Positions 1-11,863 are shown, counted from the stretch's first letter. The stretch: 64,000 bases of DNA from an uncultured Alphaproteobacteria bacterium (GCA_902602515.1 CACKRG010000005.1:1245-65244); one strand, 5' to 3'. The notes: a model not told the origin generated them from the sequence alone. Made by a program: numbers and translations.

Positions 1-14
1 ATTTATTTAACTTT

Positions 15-89
15 GGGTGTGTAGCTCAGCGGTAGAGCACTGCCTCGACACGGCAGGGGTCACAGGTTCAATCCCTGTCACACCCACCA
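15..89 (+). tRNA. tRNA-Val (anticodon GAC), 75 nt including encoded CCA
   Basis: Hand-folded cloverleaf. Acceptor GGGTGTG/CACACCC, D arm GCTC-AGCGGTA-GAGC, anticodon stem CTGCC/GGCAG with loop TCGACAC (GAC at 47-49), variable GGGTC, T arm ACAGG-TTCAATC-CCTGT, discriminator A plus CCA. Confidence 0.85.
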
Positions 90-142
90 ACAATCCTAAT
101 ATATATTCTTGAAAAATTATAATTTAATATATCTATATAATT

Positions 143-556
143 ATGATTAAATGTCTTTTAGTTGCTACTATTTTAGCTTCGTTTATTTTTTTAATAATAG
201 ATGTAATTTGGTTATCTTTTGCCACAAAATCATTTTATAGGCCTTTAATAGGCAATTTATTAACTGATAAGCCAGTAATGTGGGCTGCCGCTCTTTTTTA
301 CATAATTTATGTTATGGGTATGGCTTTAGTGGTTATTCAGCCATGTATCAGTTCAGAAAATATTTTCAAAACTCTTTATATTGGATTTATATTTGGTTTA
401 GTTGCATATGGCACGTATAATTTAACCAATATGGCTGTTCTTAAGGGATGGTCCCCGATAGTAACTTTTGTTGATATGTTCTGGGGAGGTAGTTTGACCG
501 CCGTCTCTGCAACAACTGGTTTATATTTAGCAAAAAAAATCGTACATTATTCCTAA
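143..556 (+). CDS. small integral membrane protein, DUF2177-like
   Basis: 137-aa ORF with about four hydrophobic helices. The N-terminal pattern (IDVIWLSF...FYRPLIG) resembles the DUF2177 family from memory. No search was possible. Confidence 0.6.
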   Translation: MIKCLLVATILASFIFLIIDVIWLSFATKSFYRPLIGNLLTDKPVMWAAALFYIIYVMGMALVVIQPCISSENIFKTLYIGFIFGLVAYGTYNLTNMAVLKGWSPIVTFVDMFWGGSLTAVSATTGLYLAKKIVHYS

Positions 557-1434
557 TTTATTCTTTTTATTCCAAATTCTAGAAGCTTTATAAGCTGAGG
601 GTTCTTATAAAATCTTTTTTTATGTTTATTTGTAAAATAATTAACCTTGTTCTTACAAAAACTTATAATTTGTCTTTCACCAATTAATCCTAATAAAGTG
701 CTTTTACCCTGCTCGACATCCTTCCCTGGAGTTTTACCTATTTTTTTGAACGTACCTATTTCGTCAATTAAGTCATCAATAACTTGAAAAATTTGACCAA
801 ATAACATACCGAATTCTCTAGCAAATCTAATATCGCTCTCACTTTTAACTTTTAAAATAAAAGGTGCAGAAAAAGAATATTCAAATAATTTGCCAGTTTT
901 TCTTGAATACATGTTTAAAATTTTATTTTTTGAAAGTTTTTTATTCTCAAATTCTAAATCTAGACTCTGACCAAGTGCCAATCCTTTATGCCCAATACAA
1001 TGAGAAAGATAATTAATTAATCTTAGTTTAGATTTGTAATTATTATTAATAAGACTACCAGAAATTAATTCAAAAGCCATGTCATGTAAAGCATCGCCAG
1101 CTAAAATTGCAGTTGCTTCATTAAATTTTTTATGAGTACTTAATTTTCCTCTTCTAAAATCATCATTATCCATTGATGGCAAATCATCATGAATTAATGA
1201 GTATGAATGTATGCATTCAATACTTGAAGCAATGACAAAAGCTTCAGACTTTGATAAGTTAGCTATTTTAGCAGACTCCATAACTAAAAATGGCCTTAAT
1301 CTTTTTCCACCGTTAAAACATCCATAATACATTGCTTTTGATAGAATCGATTTGTCTAGCTTTTTATTTAGTAAACTCTTAAACTTCTTATCAAACTGTT
1401 TTTTATTATTATTTATTAACGTTTTTAAATTCAT
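553..1434 (-). CDS. ispA: polyprenyl (farnesyl/geranylgeranyl) diphosphate synthase
   Basis: 293 aa with both aspartate-rich motifs of trans-prenyltransferases (LIHDDLPSMDNDDFRRGK and QVIDDLID). Confidence 0.9.
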   Translation of the reverse strand: MNLKTLINNNKKQFDKKFKSLLNKKLDKSILSKAMYYGCFNGGKRLRPFLVMESAKIANLSKSEAFVIASSIECIHSYSLIHDDLPSMDNDDFRRGKLSTHKKFNEATAILAGDALHDMAFELISGSLINNNYKSKLRLINYLSHCIGHKGLALGQSLDLEFENKKLSKNKILNMYSRKTGKLFEYSFSAPFILKVKSESDIRFAREFGMLFGQIFQVIDDLIDEIGTFKKIGKTPGKDVEQGKSTLLGLIGERQIISFCKNKVNYFTNKHKKRFYKNPQLIKLLEFGIKRIN

Positions 1435-1494
1435 GCCTTGTTTTTATATTTGAGTTTATGTTTAAATTAATTAATAGAATAAAGCGAATATATT

Positions 1495-2532
1495 ATGAGA
1501 ATAGAAGAAGAAATAAAACTTGATTATTCAGATGTTCTTTTTAGACCAAAAAGAAGTACATTAAAAAGCAGAAAGGACGTTGACTTGAATCGCTCCTATG
1601 TTTTCAAACATTCTAAATATAAATGGAAGGGAACTCCTATTATTGCATCAAATATGGATGGCGTGGGTGAAATTAATCTAGCAAAAAAACTTTTACAATA
1701 TAAATTAATGACTGCTTTAACAAAACAGCATTCTATTAAAGAAATTGGTACAATAAATAATAATAAAGATTTCCATAATTTTGTTGCACTTAGTTGTGGA
1801 ACAGGATTAGAAAGTTATAACAGACTTAAACAACTTATTAAAAAATATCCAAAATTTCAATTTATATGTATAGATGTTGCAAATGGATATTCAGAAAATT
1901 TTAGCCACTTTGTTTCTGACGTTAGAAAAAAATATCCAAAAAAAACTATTATAGCTGGTAATGTTGTTACGGCAGATATGACTCAAGAACTTGTATTAAG
2001 TGGAGCAGATATTGTTAAAGTTGGTATTGGCCCAGGCAGTGTTTGTACTACAAGAATTCAAACAGGTGTTGGTTACCCTCAGCTAAGTGCAGTTATGGAA
2101 TGTGCAGATGCTGCTCATGGTCTGGGTGCTCATATAATTGCAGATGGTGGGTGCACTTGTCCAGGTGATGTTGCAAAAGGTTTTGGAGCAGGAGCAGATT
2201 TTGTAATGCTTGGTGGAATGCTCGCAGGTCACAAAGAAGGTGGCGGAAGCATTATAGAAGATGATGGGAATCAATATATTGAGTTTTATGGATCAAGTTC
2301 TGAAGAAGCTAATGAAAAACATTATGGTGGACTGGCAAATTATAGGTCCTCTGAAGGAAAAAAAGTAAAATTACTTCTAAAAAAATCTCTTGATAAAACT
2401 ATTAGGGACATTTTAGGAGGTGTGAGAAGTAGTTGTACTTATGTAGGGGCACCTTCATTAAAACAACTAAGTAAGTGCACTACTTTTGTAAGAGTGAATA
2501 ATCAATACAATGATACTTTTGGAAAAATATAA
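1495..2532 (+). CDS. guaC: GMP reductase
   Basis: 345 aa. The N-terminus [29 protein letters not shown] is almost identical to enterobacterial GuaC. It has the IMPDH/GMPR TIM-barrel motifs ([11 protein letters not shown]). Confidence 0.92.
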   Translation: MRIEEEIKLDYSDVLFRPKRSTLKSRKDVDLNRSYVFKHSKYKWKGTPIIASNMDGVGEINLAKKLLQYKLMTALTKQHSIKEIGTINNNKDFHNFVALSCGTGLESYNRLKQLIKKYPKFQFICIDVANGYSENFSHFVSDVRKKYPKKTIIAGNVVTADMTQELVLSGADIVKVGIGPGSVCTTRIQTGVGYPQLSAVMECADAAHGLGAHIIADGGCTCPGDVAKGFGAGADFVMLGGMLAGHKEGGGSIIEDDGNQYIEFYGSSSEEANEKHYGGLANYRSSEGKKVKLLLKKSLDKTIRDILGGVRSSCTYVGAPSLKQLSKCTTFVRVNNQYNDTFGKI

Positions 2533-2533
2533 T

Positions 2534-4120
2534 TTAATAACCAATTGCCATTCCATCTTTTCTTGAGTCTGATCCCCCAATCAAAATTCCATTTTTTCTG
2601 TCAATCTTAATACACTGACCTCCACCTATAGCATTTTTCATTGTTTTAACTTTATGACCAATTGATTTAAGACTTTCTACAATTTTTGGATCTAAGGATT
2701 TTTCTACTTTTAATTCACCATCTAATGCAAACGCTCTAGGTAGGTCTAAAGCTTCTTGAATGCTCATATTATAATCAATTATATTTTGTAAAACATGGCT
2801 TTGACCAATAGGTTGATATTGACCACCCATTACACCATACGATAGAATTGTTTCATTATTTTGATTTGTTAATAATCCAGGAATAATTGTATGCAGCGGC
2901 CTTTTTCCTCCTTTAATTCCATTTGGATGATTTTCTTCCAATCTAAAATTAACCCCTCTATTCTGAAAAAGAATTCCACTATTTTTAGTAGATATACAGC
3001 TTCCAAATCCATGACATATTGAATTAATAAATGATACAGCATTTAAATCCCTATCTACAACAGATAAATATACAGTTTCTGGGTTGGATGTTACGAATAA
3101 GTTTTTTGATGTATATATATTGCTCATATTAATTTTCTTACATAATTTTTTAACAGATTTATCACCTAGTAATTCTTCATAATTAATGTCATTAAATCCT
3201 GGATCACCTAAAACTGTTTCTTTTATTTCATAACATACTTTAGTAATTTCAGCTTGTAGATGATATCTTTCAAAACTGTATGATTGATATTGACTTGAAT
3301 TTAATTTTTCATTTATAGCCATCATTAGTAAAACAACAATACCAGGCCCATTCAAGGGACATTGGTGTATTTTTAAATTCTTGTAAACATTTGATATAGT
3401 CGATGAAAAAATTGTGTCTTGAGAATGAAAATCTTCTTCTGTATGCAACCCCCCAAGTTCATTAAGACTTTTAACCATATCTTTAGTTATTTCACTATTA
3501 TAAAAACCATTAATATTTTTTTTTGCTATAAGTTTTAAGGTATTTGAAAGTGGGATGTTTTTAAATTTCTCACCAAACTTATAACTTTTATTATTTTTTA
3601 AAAAAAGTTCTTTACTGTTTTGATTCTTAATTAAAAAATTTTCCTTTTCTTGCCACGACTGTGCTTCAACTTCATAAACAGGAAATCCATTACGTGCATA
3701 ATTTTCAGCGCCTTTAAGAATTTCCTCTAGATCAAGACTTCCATATTTTTCATGCATCGAACACCAAGCATGAACAGAACCTGGAATTGTTACTGAGTGA
3801 GGACTTGTTAATCCAATTTTATTTATTTCATTTTTAATAAAAAAATCTAGATTGGCTTTTTTTGGTGCAGTACCAGAGCCATTAACTGCAATAGGTTTTT
3901 TTCCATTTAATGAAATAATAGCAAAACAATCGCCACCTAAACCTGTTGCACTTGGACACACTACAGATTGCACAGCACTAGCTGCAATAGCGGCATCTAC
4001 AGCGTTTCCACCTTTTTGAAGAATATTTATTGCTTCAATTGAGCTTAATGGATTTGATGTTGCCACCATACCATTTTGTGCTAAAACATTTGATCTTCCT
4101 GGAAATGACAATTCTCTCAT
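2534..4120 (-). CDS. ggt: gamma-glutamyltransferase family protein with no obvious signal peptide
   Basis: 528 aa with GGT-family blocks (GGDCFAI, TVYLSVVD around the expected nucleophile Thr, GKRPLHTIIPG, GGSDSRKDG). Confidence 0.85.
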   Translation of the reverse strand: MRELSFPGRSNVLAQNGMVATSNPLSSIEAINILQKGGNAVDAAIAASAVQSVVCPSATGLGGDCFAIISLNGKKPIAVNGSGTAPKKANLDFFIKNEINKIGLTSPHSVTIPGSVHAWCSMHEKYGSLDLEEILKGAENYARNGFPVYEVEAQSWQEKENFLIKNQNSKELFLKNNKSYKFGEKFKNIPLSNTLKLIAKKNINGFYNSEITKDMVKSLNELGGLHTEEDFHSQDTIFSSTISNVYKNLKIHQCPLNGPGIVVLLMMAINEKLNSSQYQSYSFERYHLQAEITKVCYEIKETVLGDPGFNDINYEELLGDKSVKKLCKKINMSNIYTSKNLFVTSNPETVYLSVVDRDLNAVSFINSICHGFGSCISTKNSGILFQNRGVNFRLEENHPNGIKGGKRPLHTIIPGLLTNQNNETILSYGVMGGQYQPIGQSHVLQNIIDYNMSIQEALDLPRAFALDGELKVEKSLDPKIVESLKSIGHKVKTMKNAIGGGQCIKIDRKNGILIGGSDSRKDGMAIGY

Positions 4121-4180
4121 AATTACATATTACTATTATATGTTTGACAAAACAAATCCTAGAATTTAAAGGACTTTTTT

Positions 4181-4306
4181 ATGAAAGTTAAATGTTCATT
4201 AAAGTCTGCAAAAACTAGAGATAAGGATTGTAAACTGGTAAGAAGAAAAGGAAGAGTTTACGTAATAAATAAAAAAAATCCTAGAATGAAAGCACGACAG
4301 GGTTAA
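4181..4306 (+). CDS. rpmJ: 50S ribosomal protein L36 (non-zinc type)
   Basis: Not in the ORF track because it is too short. Hand translation gives [41 protein letters not shown], which matches the alphaproteobacterial L36 pattern (..[19 protein letters not shown]). The stop overlaps the trxB stop by 4 nt in convergent orientation. Confidence 0.9.
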   Translation: MKVKCSLKSAKTRDKDCKLVRRKGRVYVINKKNPRMKARQG

Positions 4307-5244
4307 TTATTTTCAGCAATAAATTTTTCTGCTTCTAAAGCAGCCATACAACCCATACCAGCAGCAGTCACAGCCTGTCTATAGATTTTATCTTTTACAT
4401 CGCCTGCAGCAAAAACACCTTTAATACTAGTTTCAGTACTATCATTTTTTGTAATAATATAATTTTCACTATCCATATCAATTTTTCCCTTGAATAAAGA
4501 GGTTGCAGGATCGTGTCCAATTGCAATAAATGCACCACTTATTTTGATTTTAGAAGTTTTACCGTTTTTTGTATTTTCTAATAATACTTCTTTTAATGAT
4601 TGTGGATTATCTTCCCCAATAAATTCTTTAACTTTACTTTCCCAAATTATTTCAATTTTATTATTTTTGAAAAGTCTATCTTGTAATATTTTTTCTGCTC
4701 TTAATGAATCCCTTCTGTGAATAAGAATTACTTTAGAAGCAAATTTTGTAAGAAATAAGGCTTCTTCTACTGCACTATTTCCTCCACCAACCACAATAAC
4801 AATTTGATCTTTAAAAAAAAATCCATCACAAGTGGCACATGCTGATATTCCAAAACCTTTAAACTTATTTTCACTTTCTAAATTTAGCCATCTTGCTTGA
4901 GCCCCAGTTGCAATTATTACTGCCTTTGAAATAAATTCTTTGCCTGATTCAGTATTTGATATGAATGGATTATTATCAAAATTTACAGAAGTAACGATAT
5001 CATTATGGAATATTGTGCCTACATTTAGAGCTTGCTTTTTCATTTCTTCCATCAACCAAGGTCCTTGAATTACATCTCCGAAACCAGGGTAATTTTCTAC
5101 ATCAGTGGTAATAGTAAGTTGACCACCAGGCTCTAAGCCAGATACTAAATGTGGTTTAAGATTTGCGCGAGCTGCATAAATTGCAGCGGTATAACCTGCT
5201 GGTCCAGATCCAATTATAAGAACATTATTTTCAATTTTACTCAT
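4303..5244 (-). CDS. trxB: thioredoxin-disulfide reductase
   Basis: 313 aa with FAD motif [10 protein letters not shown], redox-active CATCDG and NADPH motif [10 protein letters not shown]. Confidence 0.95.
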   Translation of the reverse strand: MSKIENNVLIIGSGPAGYTAAIYAARANLKPHLVSGLEPGGQLTITTDVENYPGFGDVIQGPWLMEEMKKQALNVGTIFHNDIVTSVNFDNNPFISNTESGKEFISKAVIIATGAQARWLNLESENKFKGFGISACATCDGFFFKDQIVIVVGGGNSAVEEALFLTKFASKVILIHRRDSLRAEKILQDRLFKNNKIEIIWESKVKEFIGEDNPQSLKEVLLENTKNGKTSKIKISGAFIAIGHDPATSLFKGKIDMDSENYIITKNDSTETSIKGVFAAGDVKDKIYRQAVTAAGMGCMAALEAEKFIAENN

Positions 5245-5270
5245 TAATTATATTAATCTCAAATAATATG

Positions 5271-5891
5271 TTAGTTAATATTTTCAACAGGCCAATCTGT
5301 TTTAAAAGAAACATAGTTTACTTGAATACATCGTCTTTCTTTCTTTATTTCTTTAAGTTCAAGACCATGCCAGGTATCTTCACCAGAAGAAAAAAAGTAT
5401 CCACAATTATGAACATACTCTAATGTTTTTACTAATTTAAAATTTTTATCATATAAATCTGTACCTAAATCAGAAGACTCATTAAAAGGGTTAGCCCATA
5501 TCATCATAGTCATTAATTTTTCTGGAATATCTTTATGAGGTTTAAGCCAAAAACCTTTTTTATCTCCTATAACTTCTAATCTAACATACGATTTTGATAA
5601 ATCTTTATTAATAAGTTTTGAAATCTTATTTGCTAAGTATTTAGATTGTAATGAGCTTATCAGTTTTGTAAGGTGGGGAAAATTTTTATGATTTTCTTTA
5701 GTAATAAATAGTCTCAACTTACCATCTTTTCCTTGACCGGTATGATCAGCAGCTCTAGTTCCGTCATATGCTCTTTCACCATTCGGAATTGTAGAATAAG
5801 CTATTTCATTGAGGCAATTCTCATCCAAGCAATTATCAAATTGCCAATGATTGAATGGAAAGTCAGAATGAATTATATTATCAAGATTCAT
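5271..5891 (-). CDS. hypothetical protein, possible 2OG-Fe(II) oxygenase-like fold
   Basis: 206 aa. It has an HxD (LKPHKD) and a distal His (DTWHGLE) spaced as in a facial triad, followed by a basic RR. Assignment rests on motifs only. It overlaps the upstream gene by 11 nt. Confidence 0.45.
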   Translation of the reverse strand: MNLDNIIHSDFPFNHWQFDNCLDENCLNEIAYSTIPNGERAYDGTRAADHTGQGKDGKLRLFITKENHKNFPHLTKLISSLQSKYLANKISKLINKDLSKSYVRLEVIGDKKGFWLKPHKDIPEKLMTMMIWANPFNESSDLGTDLYDKNFKLVKTLEYVHNCGYFFSSGEDTWHGLELKEIKKERRCIQVNYVSFKTDWPVENIN

Positions 5892-6837
5892 TAATTCCTT
5901 CTAATATTCTTTCTTTTATAATTCCAGCAATTCTTTTACTTTCCTCTAATTTATTATAAGACCATTTTTCTAATATATTTGTTGACGGCAAATCTCTAGT
6001 TATATTTAAGCTTCTAAACTCATCATGGAATCTTTCGAACCTTATACTTTTTCTTTTAAAAGGAAGTTGATATATATAAACAGGCATACCAGATATTGAT
6101 GCTTCTGAAATCATAGATGTTGAGTCTGAAGTTATTATAAAAAAACTTGAGTTATATAATGAGTACTCATAAGGGTTTTCTCCATAACCTAACCACAAAT
6201 CAGCTGTTGAATTTAATTCACTTTTAATTAAGTTTTTAATCTCATCACTAGTTCTTCTTGATGTAATAATTAAAAATTTAAATGTATTATTTTTTTCTTT
6301 TAATTTTTTAATTTTGTTACATAATCCCATTGCTTCTTCAATTGTAAACAAATAGTGATTATTTTCTCCTCCAATAATGCATGAAACTAATTTTTGATTA
6401 TTGATATTAAATTTTTTTATAGAATTTTTATTTTTTTTAAAACTATGTAAAGCTCCTATTGAATTAATAATATTTTTACCCTTCAGATTGTCATGATTTG
6501 GCACAATTAAATAAGAAAAATTTTTTGAAGATATTTTGGGATTTTGAATGTGAATATTAATTATTTTATTATATTTTTTTTTAAGAAATCTAGACAAATA
6601 AATACTTTTTCTTCCACAACTAATTACGATATCTGGAATAGAATTTGGAATCTTATTTTTAAAAATCCAATTAAAAACTGGTAATAAACCTGGCTGTATT
6701 TTACTCCATGGAAATCTGATTTCTGTTTTGATTTCAGTAATATCTTCACTTAGTTCAAATGCTAAGCCTTTTGTTTGACTTATCATTCCTTGAGAACCAT
6801 CAGTTAATGTCCAGATTTTTAAATTATTAATATTCAA
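5881..6837 (-). CDS. ELM1/DUF1022-family protein (GT-B-like, function unknown)
   Basis: 318 aa. The N-terminus KIWTLTDGSQGMISQTKGLAFEL resembles the alphaproteobacterial ELM1/DUF1022 family from memory. It overlaps greA by 4 nt. Confidence 0.6.
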   Translation of the reverse strand: MNINNLKIWTLTDGSQGMISQTKGLAFELSEDITEIKTEIRFPWSKIQPGLLPVFNWIFKNKIPNSIPDIVISCGRKSIYLSRFLKKKYNKIINIHIQNPKISSKNFSYLIVPNHDNLKGKNIINSIGALHSFKKNKNSIKKFNINNQKLVSCIIGGENNHYLFTIEEAMGLCNKIKKLKEKNNTFKFLIITSRRTSDEIKNLIKSELNSTADLWLGYGENPYEYSLYNSSFFIITSDSTSMISEASISGMPVYIYQLPFKRKSIRFERFHDEFRSLNITRDLPSTNILEKWSYNKLEESKRIAGIIKERILEGINES

Positions 6838-7307
6838 ATGTATTTGACGGATATTACTGTGTAACTTTTTATACCCTTAGGACTATTTATTTCCACATTA
6901 TCATTTTTTGATTTACCAATCAAACCTCTTGCAAGTGGACTATTTATAGATAGTTTTTTATTTTCAATATCTGATTCGTATTCTCCCACAATTTGGTACT
7001 TTTGTTTTTTTCCTGTTTCATCGTCCTCTATTTCTACAGTAGCTCCAAATTTGATATCATTTCCAGTCATGTTTTTAATATCAATTACTTCAGCTCTACT
7101 GATATTACTTTCTAAATCAGATATTCTGCCCTCAATAAGACTTTGTTGTTCTTTTGCATATTGATATTCAGCATTTTCGGATAAATCTCCATGACCCCTA
7201 GCCTCAGCAATAGCTGCTATAATATTAGGTCTATCTTCTGAGGTTAATTTTTTCAATTCATCTTGTATTTTTGAATATCCTTCAGCAGTCATAGGTATTT
7301 TATTCAT
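6834..7307 (-). CDS. greA: transcription elongation factor GreA
   Basis: 157 aa with the GreA coiled-coil N-domain (AREHGDLSENAEY-type motif: ARGHGDLSENAEYQYAKEQQ) and C-terminal domain. Confidence 0.95.
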   Translation of the reverse strand: MNKIPMTAEGYSKIQDELKKLTSEDRPNIIAAIAEARGHGDLSENAEYQYAKEQQSLIEGRISDLESNISRAEVIDIKNMTGNDIKFGATVEIEDDETGKKQKYQIVGEYESDIENKKLSINSPLARGLIGKSKNDNVEINSPKGIKSYTVISVKYI

Positions 7308-7347
7308 AGACTCATGATGTTTTATTTATATTTTTAAGTCAACAAAA

Positions 7348-10300
7348 TTAATTTGGAGATTGCAGACTTTTAATTTTAAAACCATTTTTTTCCATATGTT
7401 CTATTGCGTCAACTGCAATTTTCGCACCAGCTATAGTAGTGTAATATGGTATATTATACATTAATGATGTTCTTCTTATGCTGTAACTATCTTTTATAGA
7501 GGATTGAGATTTAGTTGTATTTATTACGAGATCAATTTTATTATTTATTAATGAGTCAACTATATGAGGACTTCCTTCTTTAACCTTATTTATTTGTTGA
7601 GCTTTTATATTATTGTCATTGAGATATTTTGCTGTACCTTTTGTAGCAATCAAATTGAATTTCATATCTAATAACTTTCTTGCTGTAGAAATAATACCTT
7701 CCTTATTGCCATCATCAATTGAAATAAATACATTCCCCTTTGATGGTAATATATTTCCACATGCAATCTGACTTTTTATGTAAGACGACAAAAATGTTTC
7801 ATCTATACCCATTACCTCACCTGTGGATTTCATTTCAGGCCCCAATATTAAATCAACACCGTCTAATTTGTTAAAAGGAAAAACTGATTCTTTTACATTG
7901 AAGTTTGATAATTGTTTTATTTGATAATTTTTTAAAATTTCTTTTAGACTATCACCCACCATTATTTTTGCAGCAATTTTTGCAATAGGTATTCCCCTAG
8001 CTTTTGCTACAAAAGGAACTGTTCTACTAGCTCTGGGATTGACTTCTAATACATAAATATTATTATCTTTAATTGCTAACTGAGTATTCATAAGGCCTAT
8101 TACATTAATTTTATTTGCAATTTCGCTAACCCAATCTATTATTTTATTTTGGATCTCTTTATTAATTGAATATGGTGGTAAGGAGCAGGCACTGTCACCT
8201 GAGTGTATTCCCGCTTCTTCAATATGTTCCATAATACCAGCAATGAAAATTTCACCATTTTGATCTCTAATTAAATCTAAATCTATTTCTTTGGCATTCT
8301 CTAAATATTGATCAATTAAGATTGTGTTATTGGCTGATACATTCATTGCTTCTTTAGCAAATGATTTTAAGTTTTCTTTATCATAAGCAATTTGCATTGC
8401 TCTTCCCCCAAGAACATATGATGGTCTTATAAGTACAGGAAAGCCAATACTTTCAGCTATCTTAATTGTTTCATCAATAGATTTTGCAAAACCATTTTTA
8501 GGCTGATTTATATTTAGTTTATTTAAAACTTCACTAAACCTATCTCTATCCTCTGCAAGATCAATTGCATTAGTAGATGTCCCAATAATTTTTATACCTG
8601 CTGACTCTATTTCTTTTGCAATCTTTAATGGAGTTTGTCCACCAAATTGAACAAATACCCCAATTACTTTACCATTTGATGACTCTTTGTTATAAATTTC
8701 AATTACACTTTCAGCAGATAGTGGTTCAAAATATAATCTGTCAGCAGTGTCATAATCAGTAGAAACTGTCTCTGGATTGCAATTAATCATTATTGTTTCT
8801 ATCCCCTTTTCTTGAAGTGCATAAACAGCGTGCACACAGCAATAGTCAAATTCTATTCCTTGACCAATTCTATTTGGTCCGCCACCTAAAATAATAACTT
8901 TATTTTTATTAGTGGGATTGGACTCACAGTATTTTTTATTCTCAAATTCCCAATCATAAGTTGAATATAAATATGGTGTTTTTGATTTAAATTCTCCTGC
9001 GCAAGTATCTACTAATCTATAAACTGGATTTATATTATGTTTGTTTCTAAATTTTCTTACTTCTATTTCTTGTAATTTTAATAATGTGGAAATTTTTTTA
9101 TCAGAAAAACCATTTTTTTTTGCGAGTAAAACTAAGTTTTTTTCTAATTTACTATTTGATAAATACTTTTCTAATTCTATTAAGTAATTAATTTGATTAA
9201 TAAACCATTTATCATACTTGGTTGCATTATAAATTTCATCAACAGATTTACCTTTTCTTAGTGCTTCACCTACTAATAATAATCTTTGTGATGATTGCAA
9301 TTTTAGTTCTTCAATTATATCTGAATTGAATTTATCAACATTTTGAGGTGTATCTAGCCCATTAAGCCCATATTCAAGTGAGCTAAAACCTTTTTGTAAA
9401 GATTCGTTAAAAGATCTTCCAATACTCATAGCTTCACCAACAGATTTCATTGATGTTGTTAAATAGGAGTCTGAACCATCAAATTTTTCAAATGTAAACC
9501 TTGGAATTTTTGTAACAACATAATCAATTGTTGGCTCAAAACTTGCAGGGGTTGTTGTAGTTATATCATTTTGTAATTCATCTAAAGTATATCCGACAGC
9601 AAGTTTTGCAGCTATTTTAGCAATTGGAAAACCAGTTGCCTTAGATGCTAGAGCAGATGATCGACTTACTCTGGGATTCATCTCTATAACATTTATTTCC
9701 CCATTAATTGGATTGATTGCAAACTGAACGTTTGATCCACCAGTATCAACTCCAATTTTTCTTAGTACTTTAATACTGTCATTTCTTAATATTTGGTATT
9801 CTTTATCAGTTAGTGTTAATGATGGCGCAACTGTGATACTATCTCCGGTGTGAACACCCATTGGGTCTACATTTTCAATTGAACAAACAATTATGCAGTT
9901 ATCTTTATTGTCTCGAACAACTTCCATTTCAAATTCTTTCCAGCCAGATACAGATTTCTCAACTAATATTTGATTTGTTGGACTTGCATTTAAACCTCGT
10001 TCAGATAGTTCTCTAAATTCTTTATCAGTATATGCAACCCCACCACCTGTACCCCCTAAAGTAAAACTAGGCCTAATAACAAGAGGTAGTTTCAATTCAT
10101 ATTTTACTTCCTCAGCTTTGTTTATATTATCAACTACATAACTTTTAGGACAACTTAATCCTATTTCTTTCATAGCATCTTTAAATTTTTGTCTATCCTC
10201 GGCAAGTTCAATAGCTTTTGGATTGGCTCCAATCATCTTTACATTGTATTTATTTAAAATACCTTCATTAAATAATTCCATCGAGACATTTAGTGCAGTT

Positions 10301-10578
10301 TGACCTCCCATAGTTGGAAGAAGTGCATCTGGTTTTTCGATGATAATTATTTTTTCAACAAATTCTTTAGTTATTGGTTCTATGTATGTTTGATCAGCTA
10401 ATTCGGGGTCAGTCATTATAGTAGCTGGATTTGAATTTATTAAAATTATCTCATAACCTTCATCTTTTAAAGATTTACATGCTTGTGCACCTGAGTAATC
10501 AAACTCACAAGCTTGACCTATAACTATAGGCCCTGCACCTATAATTAAAATTTTTTTGATATCAGTTCTTTTTGGCAT
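7348..10578 (-). CDS. carB: carbamoyl-phosphate synthase large subunit
   Basis: 1076 aa with duplicated ATP-grasp halves, each starting (I)GAGPI(V)IGQ(A/G)(C/I)EFDYSG/CC, and a C-terminal MGS-like domain. Confidence 0.97.
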   Translation of the reverse strand: MPKRTDIKKILIIGAGPIVIGQACEFDYSGAQACKSLKDEGYEIILINSNPATIMTDPELADQTYIEPITKEFVEKIIIIEKPDALLPTMGGQTALNVSMELFNEGILNKYNVKMIGANPKAIELAEDRQKFKDAMKEIGLSCPKSYVVDNINKAEEVKYELKLPLVIRPSFTLGGTGGGVAYTDKEFRELSERGLNASPTNQILVEKSVSGWKEFEMEVVRDNKDNCIIVCSIENVDPMGVHTGDSITVAPSLTLTDKEYQILRNDSIKVLRKIGVDTGGSNVQFAINPINGEINVIEMNPRVSRSSALASKATGFPIAKIAAKLAVGYTLDELQNDITTTTPASFEPTIDYVVTKIPRFTFEKFDGSDSYLTTSMKSVGEAMSIGRSFNESLQKGFSSLEYGLNGLDTPQNVDKFNSDIIEELKLQSSQRLLLVGEALRKGKSVDEIYNATKYDKWFINQINYLIELEKYLSNSKLEKNLVLLAKKNGFSDKKISTLLKLQEIEVRKFRNKHNINPVYRLVDTCAGEFKSKTPYLYSTYDWEFENKKYCESNPTNKNKVIILGGGPNRIGQGIEFDYCCVHAVYALQEKGIETIMINCNPETVSTDYDTADRLYFEPLSAESVIEIYNKESSNGKVIGVFVQFGGQTPLKIAKEIESAGIKIIGTSTNAIDLAEDRDRFSEVLNKLNINQPKNGFAKSIDETIKIAESIGFPVLIRPSYVLGGRAMQIAYDKENLKSFAKEAMNVSANNTILIDQYLENAKEIDLDLIRDQNGEIFIAGIMEHIEEAGIHSGDSACSLPPYSINKEIQNKIIDWVSEIANKINVIGLMNTQLAIKDNNIYVLEVNPRASRTVPFVAKARGIPIAKIAAKIMVGDSLKEILKNYQIKQLSNFNVKESVFPFNKLDGVDLILGPEMKSTGEVMGIDETFLSSYIKSQIACGNILPSKGNVFISIDDGNKEGIISTARKLLDMKFNLIATKGTAKYLNDNNIKAQQINKVKEGSPHIVDSLINNKIDLVINTTKSQSSIKDSYSIRRTSLMYNIPYYTTIAGAKIAVDAIEHMEKNGFKIKSLQSPN

Positions 10579-11767
10579 TTTTATTTATGAGATTGTAAAA
10601 TTCTTTGAATAGATAATGACTGTCATGAGGTCCAGGAGATGCTTCAGGGTGATATTGGACACTAAATACAGGGAGGTCTCTATGTTTTAAACCTTCGTTT
10701 GTTCCATCAAATAATGATATGTGTGTTTCTATAATATCTTTTGAAAAACTTTCCCTATCAACTTCGAAACCATGATTTTGAGATGTTATTTCAACAAAAT
10801 TATTAATCAAATTTTTAACTGGATGATTTGATCCTCTATGACCCTGAAACATTTTTTTTGTTTTTGCACCTAAAGCCATGCTTAATATTTGATGGCCTAA
10901 GCAAATTCCAAATATTGGTATTTCAATTTCTATCAATTTTTTTAAATTATTAATTATTTTTTCACCTGTAGCATGCGGATCTCCAGGTCCATTTGAAAGG
11001 AATATTCCATCTGGCTTAGTTTCTATTATTTCATCAAAACTAGTAGATAAATTTAATACAGTGGGACTTAAGTTATATTCATGAAGATTTCTAAGAATGT
11101 TATGTTTTATACCGAAGTCTAAACAAGTTACTCTATAATTAATATCAAAGTTCTTTATTTCTTTATTATGCCATGTTGGCTTTGCCCATTTGTAATTTTG
11201 ATTTGTTGAAACAACTGATGCTAAATCTAAATTTTCTAACCCATTCCAATTTTCAATTTCTTTATTAAATTTTTCCAAAGATTCTTTTTTAGATCCAAAA
11301 TTTATTAGGGCAGCATTCATTGCACCTTCATCTGCAAGTTTTTTTGTTAGGTATCTTGTATCTATTCCATACACACATGGAATTTTATTTTTTATAAAGA
11401 AGGTATCCAAATCATCATTAGCTCTCCAATTGGAGTAAAAGTTTGTATGTTGATTAATTATGCATCCATCGGCATGAATTTTATTTGATTCTTGATCATC
11501 AGGATTAGTTCCAACTATTCCAATATGTGGAAAAGTAAAAGTAATTATTTGTTTAGTGTAGGATGGATCTGTTAAAGCCTCTTGATAGCCTGTTTGAGAA
11601 GTATTAAAACATAGCTCACCAACAACACCTTTTTCTACTCCAAGACCATATCCCCATAAAACTTCACCATTTTCCAATACCAAAGCTGCTGTTTTATTAT
11701 TTCGAAGATGATTTTTTTTTATAACTTCCATTATTTTCAGTGAAGCAAAATGATGTTTACTAGGCAT
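10562..11767 (-). CDS. carA: carbamoyl-phosphate synthase small (glutaminase) subunit
   Basis: 401 aa with GATase-1 motifs (GICLGHQ, HGFEV..., [11 protein letters not shown]). It overlaps carB by 17 nt. The start is ambiguous: Met1 at 11767 or Met13 at 11731. Confidence 0.93.
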   Translation of the reverse strand: MPSKHHFASLKIMEVIKKNHLRNNKTAALVLENGEVLWGYGLGVEKGVVGELCFNTSQTGYQEALTDPSYTKQIITFTFPHIGIVGTNPDDQESNKIHADGCIINQHTNFYSNWRANDDLDTFFIKNKIPCVYGIDTRYLTKKLADEGAMNAALINFGSKKESLEKFNKEIENWNGLENLDLASVVSTNQNYKWAKPTWHNKEIKNFDINYRVTCLDFGIKHNILRNLHEYNLSPTVLNLSTSFDEIIETKPDGIFLSNGPGDPHATGEKIINNLKKLIEIEIPIFGICLGHQILSMALGAKTKKMFQGHRGSNHPVKNLINNFVEITSQNHGFEVDRESFSKDIIETHISLFDGTNEGLKHRDLPVFSVQYHPEASPGPHDSHYLFKEFYNLINKNAKKN

Positions 11768-11863
11768 TTATACTTATCTAGTCAAGGATTAGTTGAAAAT
11801 AATAGCTAGAATTATATTAGTATATTTATTATTAAATTTTTAAATTAGGAGTAAATAAATCAA

